Positions 51,224 to 63,194 of a DNA stretch of 64,000 bases are shown here, one piece after another (within the stretch, counting starts at the first letter, position 1; the number at the start of each line of letters is the position of its first letter). The notes below the pieces were generated by a model. That model was not told the origin of the DNA. It searched no databases and saw only the letters and a program-made list of their open reading frames with translations. The DNA is from Candidatus Eiseniibacteriota bacterium (GTDB lineage Bacteria > Eisenbacteria > RBG-16-71-46). Where the stretch lies: positions 224,001 through 288,000 of the forward strand of contig CAVUWA010000005.1 of assembly GCA_963744995.1 (NCBI GenBank), given 5' to 3'. The translations under genes and the position numbers were made by a program.

Positions 51224-52579
51224 CATCGCGCTTCACACCGTACTTCCATCGTTCGGAACGCACTCCTCGCCTCGTGTCTGCTGCTGGTCGGCGCCGCGGC
51301 GAGCGCGTTCGCTCAGGGCCCGGCCCCGAGCTGCGAGATCACCGGTCCGACCAGCGTTCAGGTGGGCGAGCCGTTCTCCCTGTGCGGCATCTCGGGAGAC
51401 GGCCTGACCTACACGTGGCAGGACGCGGATGACAACGTCCTCAACCACGACCGTTGCCTGGATTTCCCGGCCGGTCTGCCGGCCCCGGGCTCGTACGACT
51501 TTCTGTTCACGATCAGCCAGGGCCCTGACTTCCTGAAGTGCCCGGTCACGATCATCGTCACCGAACCCGAAACGCCGGACTGCTCGATCAAGGACACGCC
51601 GAAGTGCGGTTCCACCGAGCTCTGCGGCCCCGACGGACTCGAGTACGCGTGGTCCGGCCCCGGTGTCGACGGTGAGACGTCGCAGTGCGTGACGGCGACC
51701 CAGAACGGCACGTACTCGCTCATGGTCACCACCCCCGGGACCAAGAACACGAACAAGTGCGAGATCACGATCGAGATCAAGCAGTGCGGCACGAACTGCC
51801 CGCGCACGGTCGGCTACTGGGGTCAGCAGGCCGATCAGAAGGACAACGGCTCGACCAAGTTCACGAAGGCCCAGGTCACGGCGATCGCCGAGTGCATCAG
51901 CGGGAAGGTCGACGTGTTCAGCGGCTGGGGCACCGGTGACGCCGCGTTCGATGCGTTCGATGCGGTGATCAATCCTGACCGGCCGATGACCTGCGAGAAG
52001 CAGGTGAAGCGTCAGCTGGCCGGCCTGCTCGCCAACATCTGCGCCACGGGCATGACGCCGTCGCAGGGCGGCGATGTGTCGCTCGACGGCTCGACCGTGA
52101 TCAGCTGCGGCGGCGAGTCGATGACGATCGACGAACTCGTCGAGGACGTGGATACCGAGCTGGCGAAGTCGGAGCCGGACTTCTGCAAGTACATCGATTG
52201 CCTCGACAACATCAACAACGGCATCGGCATCCCGCTCGACCAGAGCTGTCACGCCGATGAGCTGAAGACCGACCTGCAGCAGCGTCTCGGCAACTCGCCG
52301 CTCGGCGCCGGATCGCTGCCGACCGAGCTGTCGTTCTCGGCCTCCAACCCGGCGTCGCAGGCGAGCGTTCTGCGCTTCGCGCTGCCGGCCGACGGTCGCG
52401 TGTCGATGAAGATCTTCGACGTCGCCGGCCGTCAGGTGGCGGATCTGGGCGGCGGCTTCATGCCGGCCGGTTCGCACACCATGAGCTGGGACGTCACCGG
52501 CGTCGCGCGGGGCCTGTACTTCGCCCGCCTCGCCGTGAACGGCCAGGTGCGCACGCAGCAGATCGTGGTGTCCCGCTAG
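51221..52579 (+). CDS. Secreted Cys-rich protein with FlgD-Ig-like tail (paralog 2; CPRTVGYW middle domain)
   Basis: GGAGG SD; signal peptide ending AFA; N- and C-terminal domains closely similar to paralog 1. Confidence 0.85.
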   Translation: MHRASHRTSIVRNALLASCLLLVGAAASAFAQGPAPSCEITGPTSVQVGEPFSLCGISGDGLTYTWQDADDNVLNHDRCLDFPAGLPAPGSYDFLFTISQGPDFLKCPVTIIVTEPETPDCSIKDTPKCGSTELCGPDGLEYAWSGPGVDGETSQCVTATQNGTYSLMVTTPGTKNTNKCEITIEIKQCGTNCPRTVGYWGQQADQKDNGSTKFTKAQVTAIAECISGKVDVFSGWGTGDAAFDAFDAVINPDRPMTCEKQVKRQLAGLLANICATGMTPSQGGDVSLDGSTVISCGGESMTIDELVEDVDTELAKSEPDFCKYIDCLDNINNGIGIPLDQSCHADELKTDLQQRLGNSPLGAGSLPTELSFSASNPASQASVLRFALPADGRVSMKIFDVAGRQVADLGGGFMPAGSHTMSWDVTGVARGLYFARLAVNGQVRTQQIVVSR

Positions 52580-52603
52580 TCCCCGGGGGATATCCGCGGC
52601 GAA

Positions 52604-52631
52604 AAGGCGGGCCGGTTCTCCGGCCCGCCTT
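52604..52631 (+). terminator. Terminator hairpin
   Basis: AAGGCGGGCCGG/CCGGCCCGCCTT, similar to the hairpin after paralog 1. Confidence 0.6.
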
Positions 52632-52680
52632 CGCTGTGTTCGGTCCGCGCCCGCTCACGCGTGCGCCGCTCATCAGGGGG

Positions 52681-52718
52681 AAGCGAAAGCGGGCCCCGCT
52701 TCGGGGCCCGTTCGTTTT
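52681..52718. terminator. Possible bidirectional terminator
   Basis: GCGGGCCCCG-CTT-CGGGGCCCGT flanked by A-rich and T-rich tracts. Confidence 0.55.
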
Positions 52719-52734
52719 CCTTCGAGCGCGATGC

Positions 52735-52944
52735 TCAGCTCCAGGCCGGCATCGGCTCCAGTTCTTCGACCGGCGTGTCCATCACCGGCGACACGGGAGG
52801 CGCCGGAACGCAGCGGCCCCCGTCGTCACGACGGTCGTCCGCGGAGGGCGTCCAGTGGACGCTGGTCCGTGAGGACGGATGGAAACTGGCCACACCGCGC
52901 CTGAGCGCAGCGGTCGGGAAACTCTTCAACGTGTTACGAGGCAT
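52735..52944 (-). CDS. Hypothetical 69-aa protein
   Basis: GGAG SD before ATG 52944, sigma54 promoter upstream, hairpin downstream; no recognisable motif. Confidence 0.45.
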   Translation of the reverse strand: MPRNTLKSFPTAALRRGVASFHPSSRTSVHWTPSADDRRDDGGRCVPAPPVSPVMDTPVEELEPMPAWS

Positions 52945-52994
52945 CTCTTTGACTCCGCTTTCTTCTGTGGGGTGGCATCCGCACGCCATGCGTG

Positions 52995-53011
52995 AGCAAC
53001 GGGCGTGCCCA
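52995..53011 (-). promoter_or_regulatory. Sigma54 (-24/-12) promoter
   Basis: TGGGCACGCCCGTTGCT fits GGCACG-N4-TTGCW with exact GG-N10-GC spacing. Confidence 0.7.
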
Positions 53012-53351
53012 CCCGGTGGTTGAACGATGAGTCGTCTCACATCCGTTGGATGCGTGGGGGTTCCAGGCGGTCGGCCTCAGCAGGGCCGCTGCGGAACTCC
53101 CGGTTCGCGGGCCGCGTCCGTCTCGTACCGGAGGCGCAGCGGGCGATCGCGCAGGGTGGGTGTGGAACGGCCGGTCTTCCTCGCGTCACGGAGGCCCCAT
53201 GGGCGCGGGACGCATTCCTGAAGACCGCACGCAGTGTGGCGGTTCGCCGCGTTTCCGTCAAGCGGGCCGGACCCGCGCTGTGTTCGTCCCGGATGGGGCA
53301 CAGGCCCACCGGAGTAGCGTGGGCGCCTCGCCGTCCCTATAGTGCGCGCCC

Positions 53352-56033
53352 ATGATGCCGGACCATTGGGGGTCGTACACGATCGAGCGCGAGGTCGGGC
53401 GCGGCGGCATGGGCGTGGTCTACCGCGGCGAGGATCCGCGGCTGCGCCGCCCGGTCGCGATCAAGGTGCTGCCCGACGCGTTCGCCGCCGACCCGGAGCG
53501 GCTCGCGCGCTTCGAACGCGAGGCGCGCCTGCTGGCGACCCTGACCCACCCGAACATCGCCGGGATCTACGGCCTCGAGGAGGACCAGGGACGCCGCTTC
53601 CTGGTGCTCGAGTTCGTCGAGGGCGAGACGCTGGCCGAGCGCCTCGCGCGCGGCCCCCTGCCGCTCGACGAGACGCTCGACGTCTGCCGCCAGATCGCCG
53701 CGGCGCTCGAGGCCGCGCACGAAGCGGGGGTGATCCACCGCGACCTCAAGCCCGGCAACGTGAAGCTGACGCCCTCGGGCGAGGTGAAGGTGCTGGACTT
53801 CGGGCTCGCGCGCGGGCCCGCGCCGTCGGCGGACTCCGGCGTGGACCTCACGAACTCCCCGACGGTGACGCTCGGCGCCACCGGCGCGGGGGTGATCCTC
53901 GGCACCGCGGCCTACATGAGCCCCGAGCAGGCGCGCGGACGCCAGGTGGACCGACGCACCGACATCTGGTCGTTCGGTTGCGTGCTCTACGAGTGCCTGA
54001 CCGGCACGCAGGCATTTGCCGGCGAGACCGTGTCGGACATGATCGCCATGATTCTGCAGGGCGAGCCGGACGGCTCGAAGCTGCCGAAGGACATGCCGGA
54101 AAAGCTGCGCGCCCTGCTGATCCGCTGCCTCGACAAGGACCCGCGCCAGCGCCTGCGCGACATCGGTGACGCGCGCATCGAGCTCGAGCAGCTCTCGGGC
54201 GCGCGACCCTCGAGCGGCTCGCGCCCGGCGACCACGCCGCTCTCCGGCATCACGCCGGCGCCGGCCGTGGCGGCACCGGCGCCCGCGGGGCGCCGCGGCG
54301 TGTCGTGGGCCGTCGCGGCGCTGGCTCTCGTCATCGGTCTCGCCGGCGGCGCGGCGCTCTGGGGCCTGGCCGGACCGAAACCGGAGGCGCCCGCGCTGCG
54401 CTTCGTCGTGCAGCCCCCGCCGCGCCTCGACCTCAATGGCGATCCCAACGAGCTCGCGATCTCACCGGACGGGCGCACGCTCGCACTCCTCATGGTGGAC
54501 TCCACCGGCACGGCCTCCCTGTGGCTGCGCGATCTCGACGACTTCCAGATGCGCCCCGTGCCGGACACGCGGGCGGCGTTCCTGCCGTTCTGGTCGCCCG
54601 ACGGGCGCTACCTCGGCTTCTTCGCCGACGGCAAGCTCAAGCGCGTGCGCACGGGCGGCGGCCGGCCCGAGATCATCTGCGACGCCGCGACCGGGCGCGG
54701 TGCGAGCTGGAGCCCGAAGGATGTGATCGTATTCAGTCCGGCGCCGTCGGGTCCGCTCTACAAAGTAGGCGCCGCAGGCGGCACGCCGGTGGCGGTGACC
54801 GTCGTCGACACCGCGAACGGCGAGCGCGCCCATCGCTGGCCCTACTTTCTCCCCGATGGCGAGCACTTCATCTACGCCGCGCTGCCGCCTGCGGGCGGCG
54901 AGTTCAAGTCCTGGGTGGGCTCGATCGGCTCCACCGCACGCAAGCCGCTGATCTCATCGAGCGGCTGTCCCGTCTACGCGCCCCCGGGCTACCTGCTCTA
55001 CCACCGCAACGACGCCCTGCTCGGCCAGCGCTTCGACGCGGGCCGCATGCAGACGAGCGGTGATCCGTTCCCTGTCGGCGACCCGCCTGCCAACACCTCC
55101 TATTCGGCATCGCCCGGGCTGAGCGTGTCGCAGAACGGCGTGCTGGCCTGGATCGGGGCGGGACGCACGGAGAATCGTCTCGTGTGGCGCGACCGGACGG
55201 GCCGCGAGGTCGGCACCGTGGACGTCCCGCTCGACCAGTGGGGACAGCTGTTCATCTCCCCTGACGGGACGCGCGCGCTGCTGGAACAGGGTCGCAGTCA
55301 GGCGAGCGGCGATCTGTGGACCGTGGACCTTCGCCGCGGGATCGCCAATCGCCTCACGTTCGGCGACGGGAAGAACACCATCGGCCCCTGGTCTCCCGAC
55401 GGATCGGAGGCGATCTATTCATCGACCCGCAGGGGCCCGCGCGATCTCTATCGGATCCGGACCGACGGGAGTGGTCAGGACCGCCTGTTCTACGGATCGC
55501 AGGTGCCGTTCAAGGATGCGGTCGGCTGGTCACCGGACGGACGCTGGATCGCGATGAACGAGATCAGCGACTCCACCGGCTGGAACATCTACATCCTGCC
55601 GGCGGACGGCAGCGAACGACGGCCCTGGGTGGTGACGCCGTTCGACGAGCAGTACCCCGTGGTCGCCCCCAATGGCCGCTGGGCGATCTACATCTCCGAC
55701 GTGTCGGGGACCACCCAACTCTACATGCAGTCGTTCCCGGAGCCCGGCCACCGGCAGCAGGTGACGAAGTCCGGCGCATACTTCGGATTCTGGAACCGCA
55801 ACGGCCGCGAGATCTTCGTCATTCGTCCCGACCTCACGCTGGTGTCGATTCCGGTCACATGGGGCGAGGAGCCGAGCTTCGGAACGCCGACCGTGCTGTT
55901 CCAGTTGTCGCCTCAGTTCCAGGGGCTCGACGTCACGCCGGACGGCCAGCGCTTCCTGATGACCGAGCCCGCCACGAAGACGCGGCCAGGCGTCTCGGTG
56001 GCGGTCAACTGGCGTTCCGGCGACGAGCACTGA
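53352..56033 (+). CDS. Hanks-type Ser/Thr kinase with TM helix and TolB/PD40 propellers
   Basis: GRGGMG, VAIK, HRDLKPGN, DFGLA, YMSPEQ, DIWSFG; WSPDG repeats. Confidence 0.93.
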   Translation: MMPDHWGSYTIEREVGRGGMGVVYRGEDPRLRRPVAIKVLPDAFAADPERLARFEREARLLATLTHPNIAGIYGLEEDQGRRFLVLEFVEGETLAERLARGPLPLDETLDVCRQIAAALEAAHEAGVIHRDLKPGNVKLTPSGEVKVLDFGLARGPAPSADSGVDLTNSPTVTLGATGAGVILGTAAYMSPEQARGRQVDRRTDIWSFGCVLYECLTGTQAFAGETVSDMIAMILQGEPDGSKLPKDMPEKLRALLIRCLDKDPRQRLRDIGDARIELEQLSGARPSSGSRPATTPLSGITPAPAVAAPAPAGRRGVSWAVAALALVIGLAGGAALWGLAGPKPEAPALRFVVQPPPRLDLNGDPNELAISPDGRTLALLMVDSTGTASLWLRDLDDFQMRPVPDTRAAFLPFWSPDGRYLGFFADGKLKRVRTGGGRPEIICDAATGRGASWSPKDVIVFSPAPSGPLYKVGAAGGTPVAVTVVDTANGERAHRWPYFLPDGEHFIYAALPPAGGEFKSWVGSIGSTARKPLISSSGCPVYAPPGYLLYHRNDALLGQRFDAGRMQTSGDPFPVGDPPANTSYSASPGLSVSQNGVLAWIGAGRTENRLVWRDRTGREVGTVDVPLDQWGQLFISPDGTRALLEQGRSQASGDLWTVDLRRGIANRLTFGDGKNTIGPWSPDGSEAIYSSTRRGPRDLYRIRTDGSGQDRLFYGSQVPFKDAVGWSPDGRWIAMNEISDSTGWNIYILPADGSERRPWVVTPFDEQYPVVAPNGRWAIYISDVSGTTQLYMQSFPEPGHRQQVTKSGAYFGFWNRNGREIFVIRPDLTLVSIPVTWGEEPSFGTPTVLFQLSPQFQGLDVTPDGQRFLMTEPATKTRPGVSVAVNWRSGDEH

Positions 56034-56034
56034 C

Positions 56035-56562
56035 GTGGATCGATCCGAGGGCGATCCGGGTTCGATCGCCTTTCTCGAGAGCGAGGGCTTCGAAGGGTTC
56101 CGCACCGTGGGGCAGCTGAACGCGGACCGCTGCGAGGAGATCCCGAACGTGCGGGGCATCTACGCCGTCGCGCGGGAATCGCTCGATCCACCGCGTTTCC
56201 TCGTGAAGAGCAGCGCGGCCCGCTTCCGCGACACCGATCCCACGATCCCGGTCGAAGCGCTCGAAAGACTGTGGGTGCCGGGTGCGCAGGTCCTCTATTT
56301 CGGCCGCGCGCGCGGTCCGGGCGTGCGCTCGCTGCTCAGACAGCGGGTGAAGCGCTATCTGCGCTTCGGCCACGGGCGGCACGTCGCCCACTGGGGCGGG
56401 CGGGCGATCTGGCAGCTCGGCGATCAGGCGCTGCTGCGCGTCGCCTGGAAACCGACGCCGAAGGACGATCCCGCGCGCGCCGAAGGAAGATACCAGGCCG
56501 AGTTCGAGCGGCATTACGAGGCGCTGCCGTTCGCCAACCTGAAGCGGGAGCACGACGAGTGA
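56035..56562 (+). CDS. GIY-YIG-like hypothetical protein
   Basis: GIYAV...VLYFGRA...LRQRVK...AE...PFAN spacing resembles the GIY-YIG core. Confidence 0.55.
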   Translation: MDRSEGDPGSIAFLESEGFEGFRTVGQLNADRCEEIPNVRGIYAVARESLDPPRFLVKSSAARFRDTDPTIPVEALERLWVPGAQVLYFGRARGPGVRSLLRQRVKRYLRFGHGRHVAHWGGRAIWQLGDQALLRVAWKPTPKDDPARAEGRYQAEFERHYEALPFANLKREHDE

Positions 56563-56903
56563 GCGAACGAGACCGCGACCCGGCGCCTGCTGCACCGCCA
56601 GCGGGGGGAGGCCCGCGCGCGCGGACCGGTGCGCAGCCCAACAACCCGCTGCACGGCGTGACGCTGAAGATGATGCTCACGCACATGGTCGAACGCTTCG
56701 GGTGGGACGGTCTCGCGCGTGACGTACCGATCCGCTGCTTTCTCGTGGACCCCAGCATGACGTCGGCGCTCAAGTACCTGCGCAAGGCGCCGCGGGCGCG
56801 CCAGAAGGTCGAGGAAGTCTACGCGCGCCTGGTGACGGGGCGATCCGGCGGGTCATGCGGACGGTCCACCTCGACCAGCCGGCCTTCGCGCAGGCGGACG
56901 TGA
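56559..56903 (+). CDS. VF530/DUF2132 family protein
   Basis: QPNNPLHGVTL...GWDGL...IRCF..DPS..S.LK.LRK.P.AR.KVE; GGGAG SD, GTG overlapping the upstream stop. Confidence 0.8.
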   Translation: MSERDRDPAPAAPPAGGGPRARTGAQPNNPLHGVTLKMMLTHMVERFGWDGLARDVPIRCFLVDPSMTSALKYLRKAPRARQKVEEVYARLVTGRSGGSCGRSTSTSRPSRRRT

Positions 56904-58003
56904 CGCATGTGGATCCCCAGTTCCTTCTCGTAGCGTCGCACCAGCCGGACTTCACCCGGCGTCATCAGCGTCACCGCCATTCCCTTCGCCCCCGCGCGCG
57001 CCGTGCGCCCCACGCGATGCAGGTACGCCTTGCTCTGCGCCGGCGCGTCGAGGTTCACGATGTGCGTCACGCCCGCGATGTCGAGCCCGCGCGCCGCGAC
57101 ATCGGAACTGATCAGCACGCGCGCCCGCGCGGCGCGGAAGTCGTCCATCGCCTGCTTGCGGTCGCGCTTGTGCGAAGCACCATGGAGGTCCACGGCCGCG
57201 ATCTGATGATGGGCCAGCTTCGCCGCGACTTCTTCGGCCGTCCGATTGCGGTGCACGAACATGAGGGCGCGTTCCGGCTGCAGCGCGTGGAACAGCCGGC
57301 GCGCGACGTCCGGCTTGTCGCGCGCCTCGCAGACCACGTAGAGATGCTCGATGTTCTCGTTCACCGCCGCACGCCCGGTCTGCACCATGACCAGGCGCGG
57401 CGCCAGCTGCGCGATGGCCGCGGCGCTCTCCGGTTGCACGGTGGCGGATGCGAAGATCAGCTGCCTCTCTCCCGGAGCGGCCGCGATGATCGCGTGGATC
57501 GGGGCGATGCTCTCCTCGACCAGCAGGCGGTCGGCCTCGTCGATCACGATGCTGCGGACGGCCTGCATCTTGAGCCTGCGCTTCACGATCAGGTCGCGGA
57601 TGCGGCCCGGCGAGCCGACGACCACGTGCGGCCGTTTCTTGAGCTTCTCGATCTGGCGGTCCATCGCCGTGCCGCCGATCAGGAGCAGCACGCGCAGCGG
57701 CCGGCCGGCGTTCTGTGCGAGGTCGGTGGCCTGGCGCTGGATCTGGATCGCCAGCTCGTGCGTCGGCGCGATGACGACCGCCTGTGTCGCCGTCTCATTC
57801 GCGTCGAGTCCGCAGAAGATCGGCAGCAGATAGGCCAGCGTCTTGCCGGTGCCGGTTTCGGCGTGGAGGCAGGCATCCCGGCCTTCGATCAGCAGCGGAA
57901 TCGCCGCGACCTGAATGGCCGTGGGTTCGGTGATCTGCTGCCGGGCCAGCGCCGCGACGAGATCGGGGACGATGCCGAGTTCAGCGAAGGTCGCGGGCGG
58001 CAT
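56819..58003 (-). CDS. DEAD-box RNA helicase
   Basis: PTAIQ, ETGTGKT, PTHELA, SPGR, DEAD, SAT, ARGLD, HRVGRTAR. Confidence 0.93.
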   Translation of the reverse strand: MPPATFAELGIVPDLVAALARQQITEPTAIQVAAIPLLIEGRDACLHAETGTGKTLAYLLPIFCGLDANETATQAVVIAPTHELAIQIQRQATDLAQNAGRPLRVLLLIGGTAMDRQIEKLKKRPHVVVGSPGRIRDLIVKRRLKMQAVRSIVIDEADRLLVEESIAPIHAIIAAAPGERQLIFASATVQPESAAAIAQLAPRLVMVQTGRAAVNENIEHLYVVCEARDKPDVARRLFHALQPERALMFVHRNRTAEEVAAKLAHHQIAAVDLHGASHKRDRKQAMDDFRAARARVLISSDVAARGLDIAGVTHIVNLDAPAQSKAYLHRVGRTARAGAKGMAVTLMTPGEVRLVRRYEKELGIHMRHVRLREGRLVEVDRPHDPPDRPVTRRA

Positions 58004-58147
58004 GGAGCCTCGTGAGGGTCGGGAGAATGGAACCGGATGACAGCGGCCGGCCAACCCGGCTGCGGCGCGCGGCCGGGCGGCTGCACCGGCCCTCGAGTGG
58101 ATGGACCTCGGGACATCCCGCGGCGGGCCGGAACCGGGCGTGGCGCT

Positions 58148-58738
58148 TCAAGCGAGGTCGACCAGCGCTGCGATTTCCCTGCGCAGTTCGGGGATGGCCG
58201 TTCCCTTCTCCGAGCTGACCCAGGCCAGGTCCGCCGTGGCAAGGTTCAGGATCGACGCCACTTCCCGGCGCCGGGCCTGCTGGCGGCCGGCCTTCACGCG
58301 GTCGGTCTTGGTGGCCACCACGCGGTACGGCCGCCCGATCCACTGGAGCCACTCGATCATCTGGATGTCGAGCGCGGTGGGTCCGACCTCGGCGTCGACG
58401 AGCACGCAGACGGCGCGCAGCGTGTCGCGGCTCGTGATGTACGCCTCGAGCAGGCCTCTCCAGCGCTCCCGCTCGCGGGCCGGGCCCGAGGCGTAGCCGT
58501 AGCCCGGCAGGTCGACGATCCAGCGGTCGCCGCCGGTGAGGAAGACGTTGATCGTGCGCGTGCGGCCCGGCGTCCGCGACACGCGCGCCAGGGCCTTGCG
58601 CCCGGTGAGCGCGTTGAGCAGCGTGCTCTTGCCCACGTTGGAGCGGCCCACCAGCGCGACCTCGGCATGGCATGCGCCGAGCTGCGAGACGTCGGTGGCG
58701 GAGACCAGAAAGCGGGCATCGGTGAACGGCAGGACCAT
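58148..58738 (-). CDS. engB: Ribosome biogenesis GTPase YihA/YsxC
   Basis: GRSNVGKS, SRTPGRT, DLPGYGY, TKTD. Confidence 0.92.
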   Translation of the reverse strand: MVLPFTDARFLVSATDVSQLGACHAEVALVGRSNVGKSTLLNALTGRKALARVSRTPGRTRTINVFLTGGDRWIVDLPGYGYASGPARERERWRGLLEAYITSRDTLRAVCVLVDAEVGPTALDIQMIEWLQWIGRPYRVVATKTDRVKAGRQQARRREVASILNLATADLAWVSSEKGTAIPELRREIAALVDLA

Positions 58739-58888
58739 GGGCGCACCATACGCGAGTGGAGGCCGCGCTGCTGAAGGGCCGGCTTGTGTGCGCATGGCGT
58801 CCTCCGTCAGAGTGGGGGACGCCGTTCCATCTGATCCGGACGATTTCCTCGTCCTGGAAGACCAGAATCCTCGTGGGAGGCACCGCCG

Positions 58889-61771
<2,883 letters not shown>

Positions 61772-61833
61772 GCGGCCGCCGCCCGCGCGTTCGCGCTCGC
61801 GCGGCACGCACCGGCGTCCGACACACGAGCGGC

Positions 61834-62784
61834 CTAGGAGGTGCCGAGGCGCTCCAGCGCCGCGTGCGACACCATCGCATGCACGCCGCGGACGCCGTTG
61901 ACGATCTGAGTCACGTGCAGATCGACGACCAGCGACGACAGTGCGAGCGCTTCACGCCTGCCGCAGGCGAGGCGCTCATCGAGCAGATCGAGCATGTCGG
62001 AAAGCGCCATGGCGGTGGCCTCGTCGAGGTCCTCGTGGAAGCCGAATGTGATCCAGCCGCGCGGCGCGTTCGCACGCGGCCGTGCGAGCTGCAGATCGGG
62101 CCGGAGGCGGAACTCCAGTTCGGCCGCCTCCATCGGGCACTCGAGCGCGGGCCCGGCCACTTCGCCGTCGCCCTGGACCGCGTGGCCGTCGCCGGCCGAG
62201 AACAGCGCGCCATCCACCGGAATGGGAAGATAGAGCGTGCTGCCCTCGACGAGCTCCTTGCAGTCGATGTTGCCTCCGCAGGGCCGCGGTGGCGAAGTCG
62301 GGTGCCGCCCCGGCTCATCGGGTGGCATGCCCATGATTCCGAGGAACGGGCTCAGCTCGACGGTCCGCCCGCCGGCGTCACGGCCCGTTCGCGTGGCGGC
62401 GTCCAGCGCCCAGCGCACGGGGAGTTTCGGTGGTCCCTCGAGGCCGAGCTTCACGTTCCAGTCGCTCGGATACCCGCCGGCAGAGGTCCAGCCCCACGTG
62501 CCCACGCGCAGATGGATCACGCGCACCTCGAGCGCCATGCCGGTGCGGGCGCCCTGGATCCATACCGGCCCGCACAGGGCGTGGCCCGGATCGCGTTCGG
62601 CATCGCGGCCCGGAAACGGCGCCGCGGGCGCGAACGGGTCCGCGTGATCGAGGCTTCCCCATGCCACGTCGAGCGTGCGGAAGCGGACCCGGTCGCCGGG
62701 CTCGATCGTCAGGACGGGCTCGAGTTCGCGGGAGAAGTGACCGTGCAGCGTAGCGAGCGTGGGTTCGAGCACGTGCGTCTTCAC
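61834..62784 (-). CDS. Acetamidase/formamidase family protein
   Basis: GHALCGP, GGNID, GDGHAVQGDGEVAGPALE, TQIVNG; GGGAG SD then GTG. Confidence 0.9.
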   Translation of the reverse strand: MKTHVLEPTLATLHGHFSRELEPVLTIEPGDRVRFRTLDVAWGSLDHADPFAPAAPFPGRDAERDPGHALCGPVWIQGARTGMALEVRVIHLRVGTWGWTSAGGYPSDWNVKLGLEGPPKLPVRWALDAATRTGRDAGGRTVELSPFLGIMGMPPDEPGRHPTSPPRPCGGNIDCKELVEGSTLYLPIPVDGALFSAGDGHAVQGDGEVAGPALECPMEAAELEFRLRPDLQLARPRANAPRGWITFGFHEDLDEATAMALSDMLDLLDERLACGRREALALSSLVVDLHVTQIVNGVRGVHAMVSHAALERLGTS

Positions 62785-62842
62785 GCGAAACTCCCGGCCA
62801 CGGCGCGTGCCGGGGACGCCCGTTCCCGGCACGCAGGAAGGT

Positions 62843-62917
62843 TGGAGGCGGCACCCGGATTCGAACCGGGGAATAAGGGTTTTGCAGACCCTCGCCTTAC
62901 CACTTGGCTATGCCGCC
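62843..62917 (-). tRNA. tRNA-Cys (anticodon GCA)
   Basis: GGCGGCA acceptor stem, AGGGT-CTGCAAA-ACCCT anticodon arm, GGTTCGAATCC, encoded CCA. Confidence 0.97.
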
Positions 62918-63194
62918 ATCCTGTTCTGCCGCGGGTGCTTGACGATCTGACCGAGCACCCGTGAAAGGGCGGGTAAGTTACCACCCCCCTTGCCGCAGCA
63001 ACAAGTGGCGCACGGTGGCGGCCGCGCCCGCAGAGCGGTTCTTCCAGCCCTTTCGAGGCCGTCGCTACGCTATGATTCTTCGGCGCGATCCTTCGCGAAG
63101 GTCCGATCCGGGCCATGCGGGCGTGTCCTGCCTGCCGCCCGGACGCCAGGACGGGCCTTCAGCGAGCATCATGTGTGCGACCGGGAGGTGTCCA

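Noticed and set aside
61772..62917. Island integrated at tRNA-Cys
   Set aside because: No duplicate of its 3' end and no integrase found in the window.
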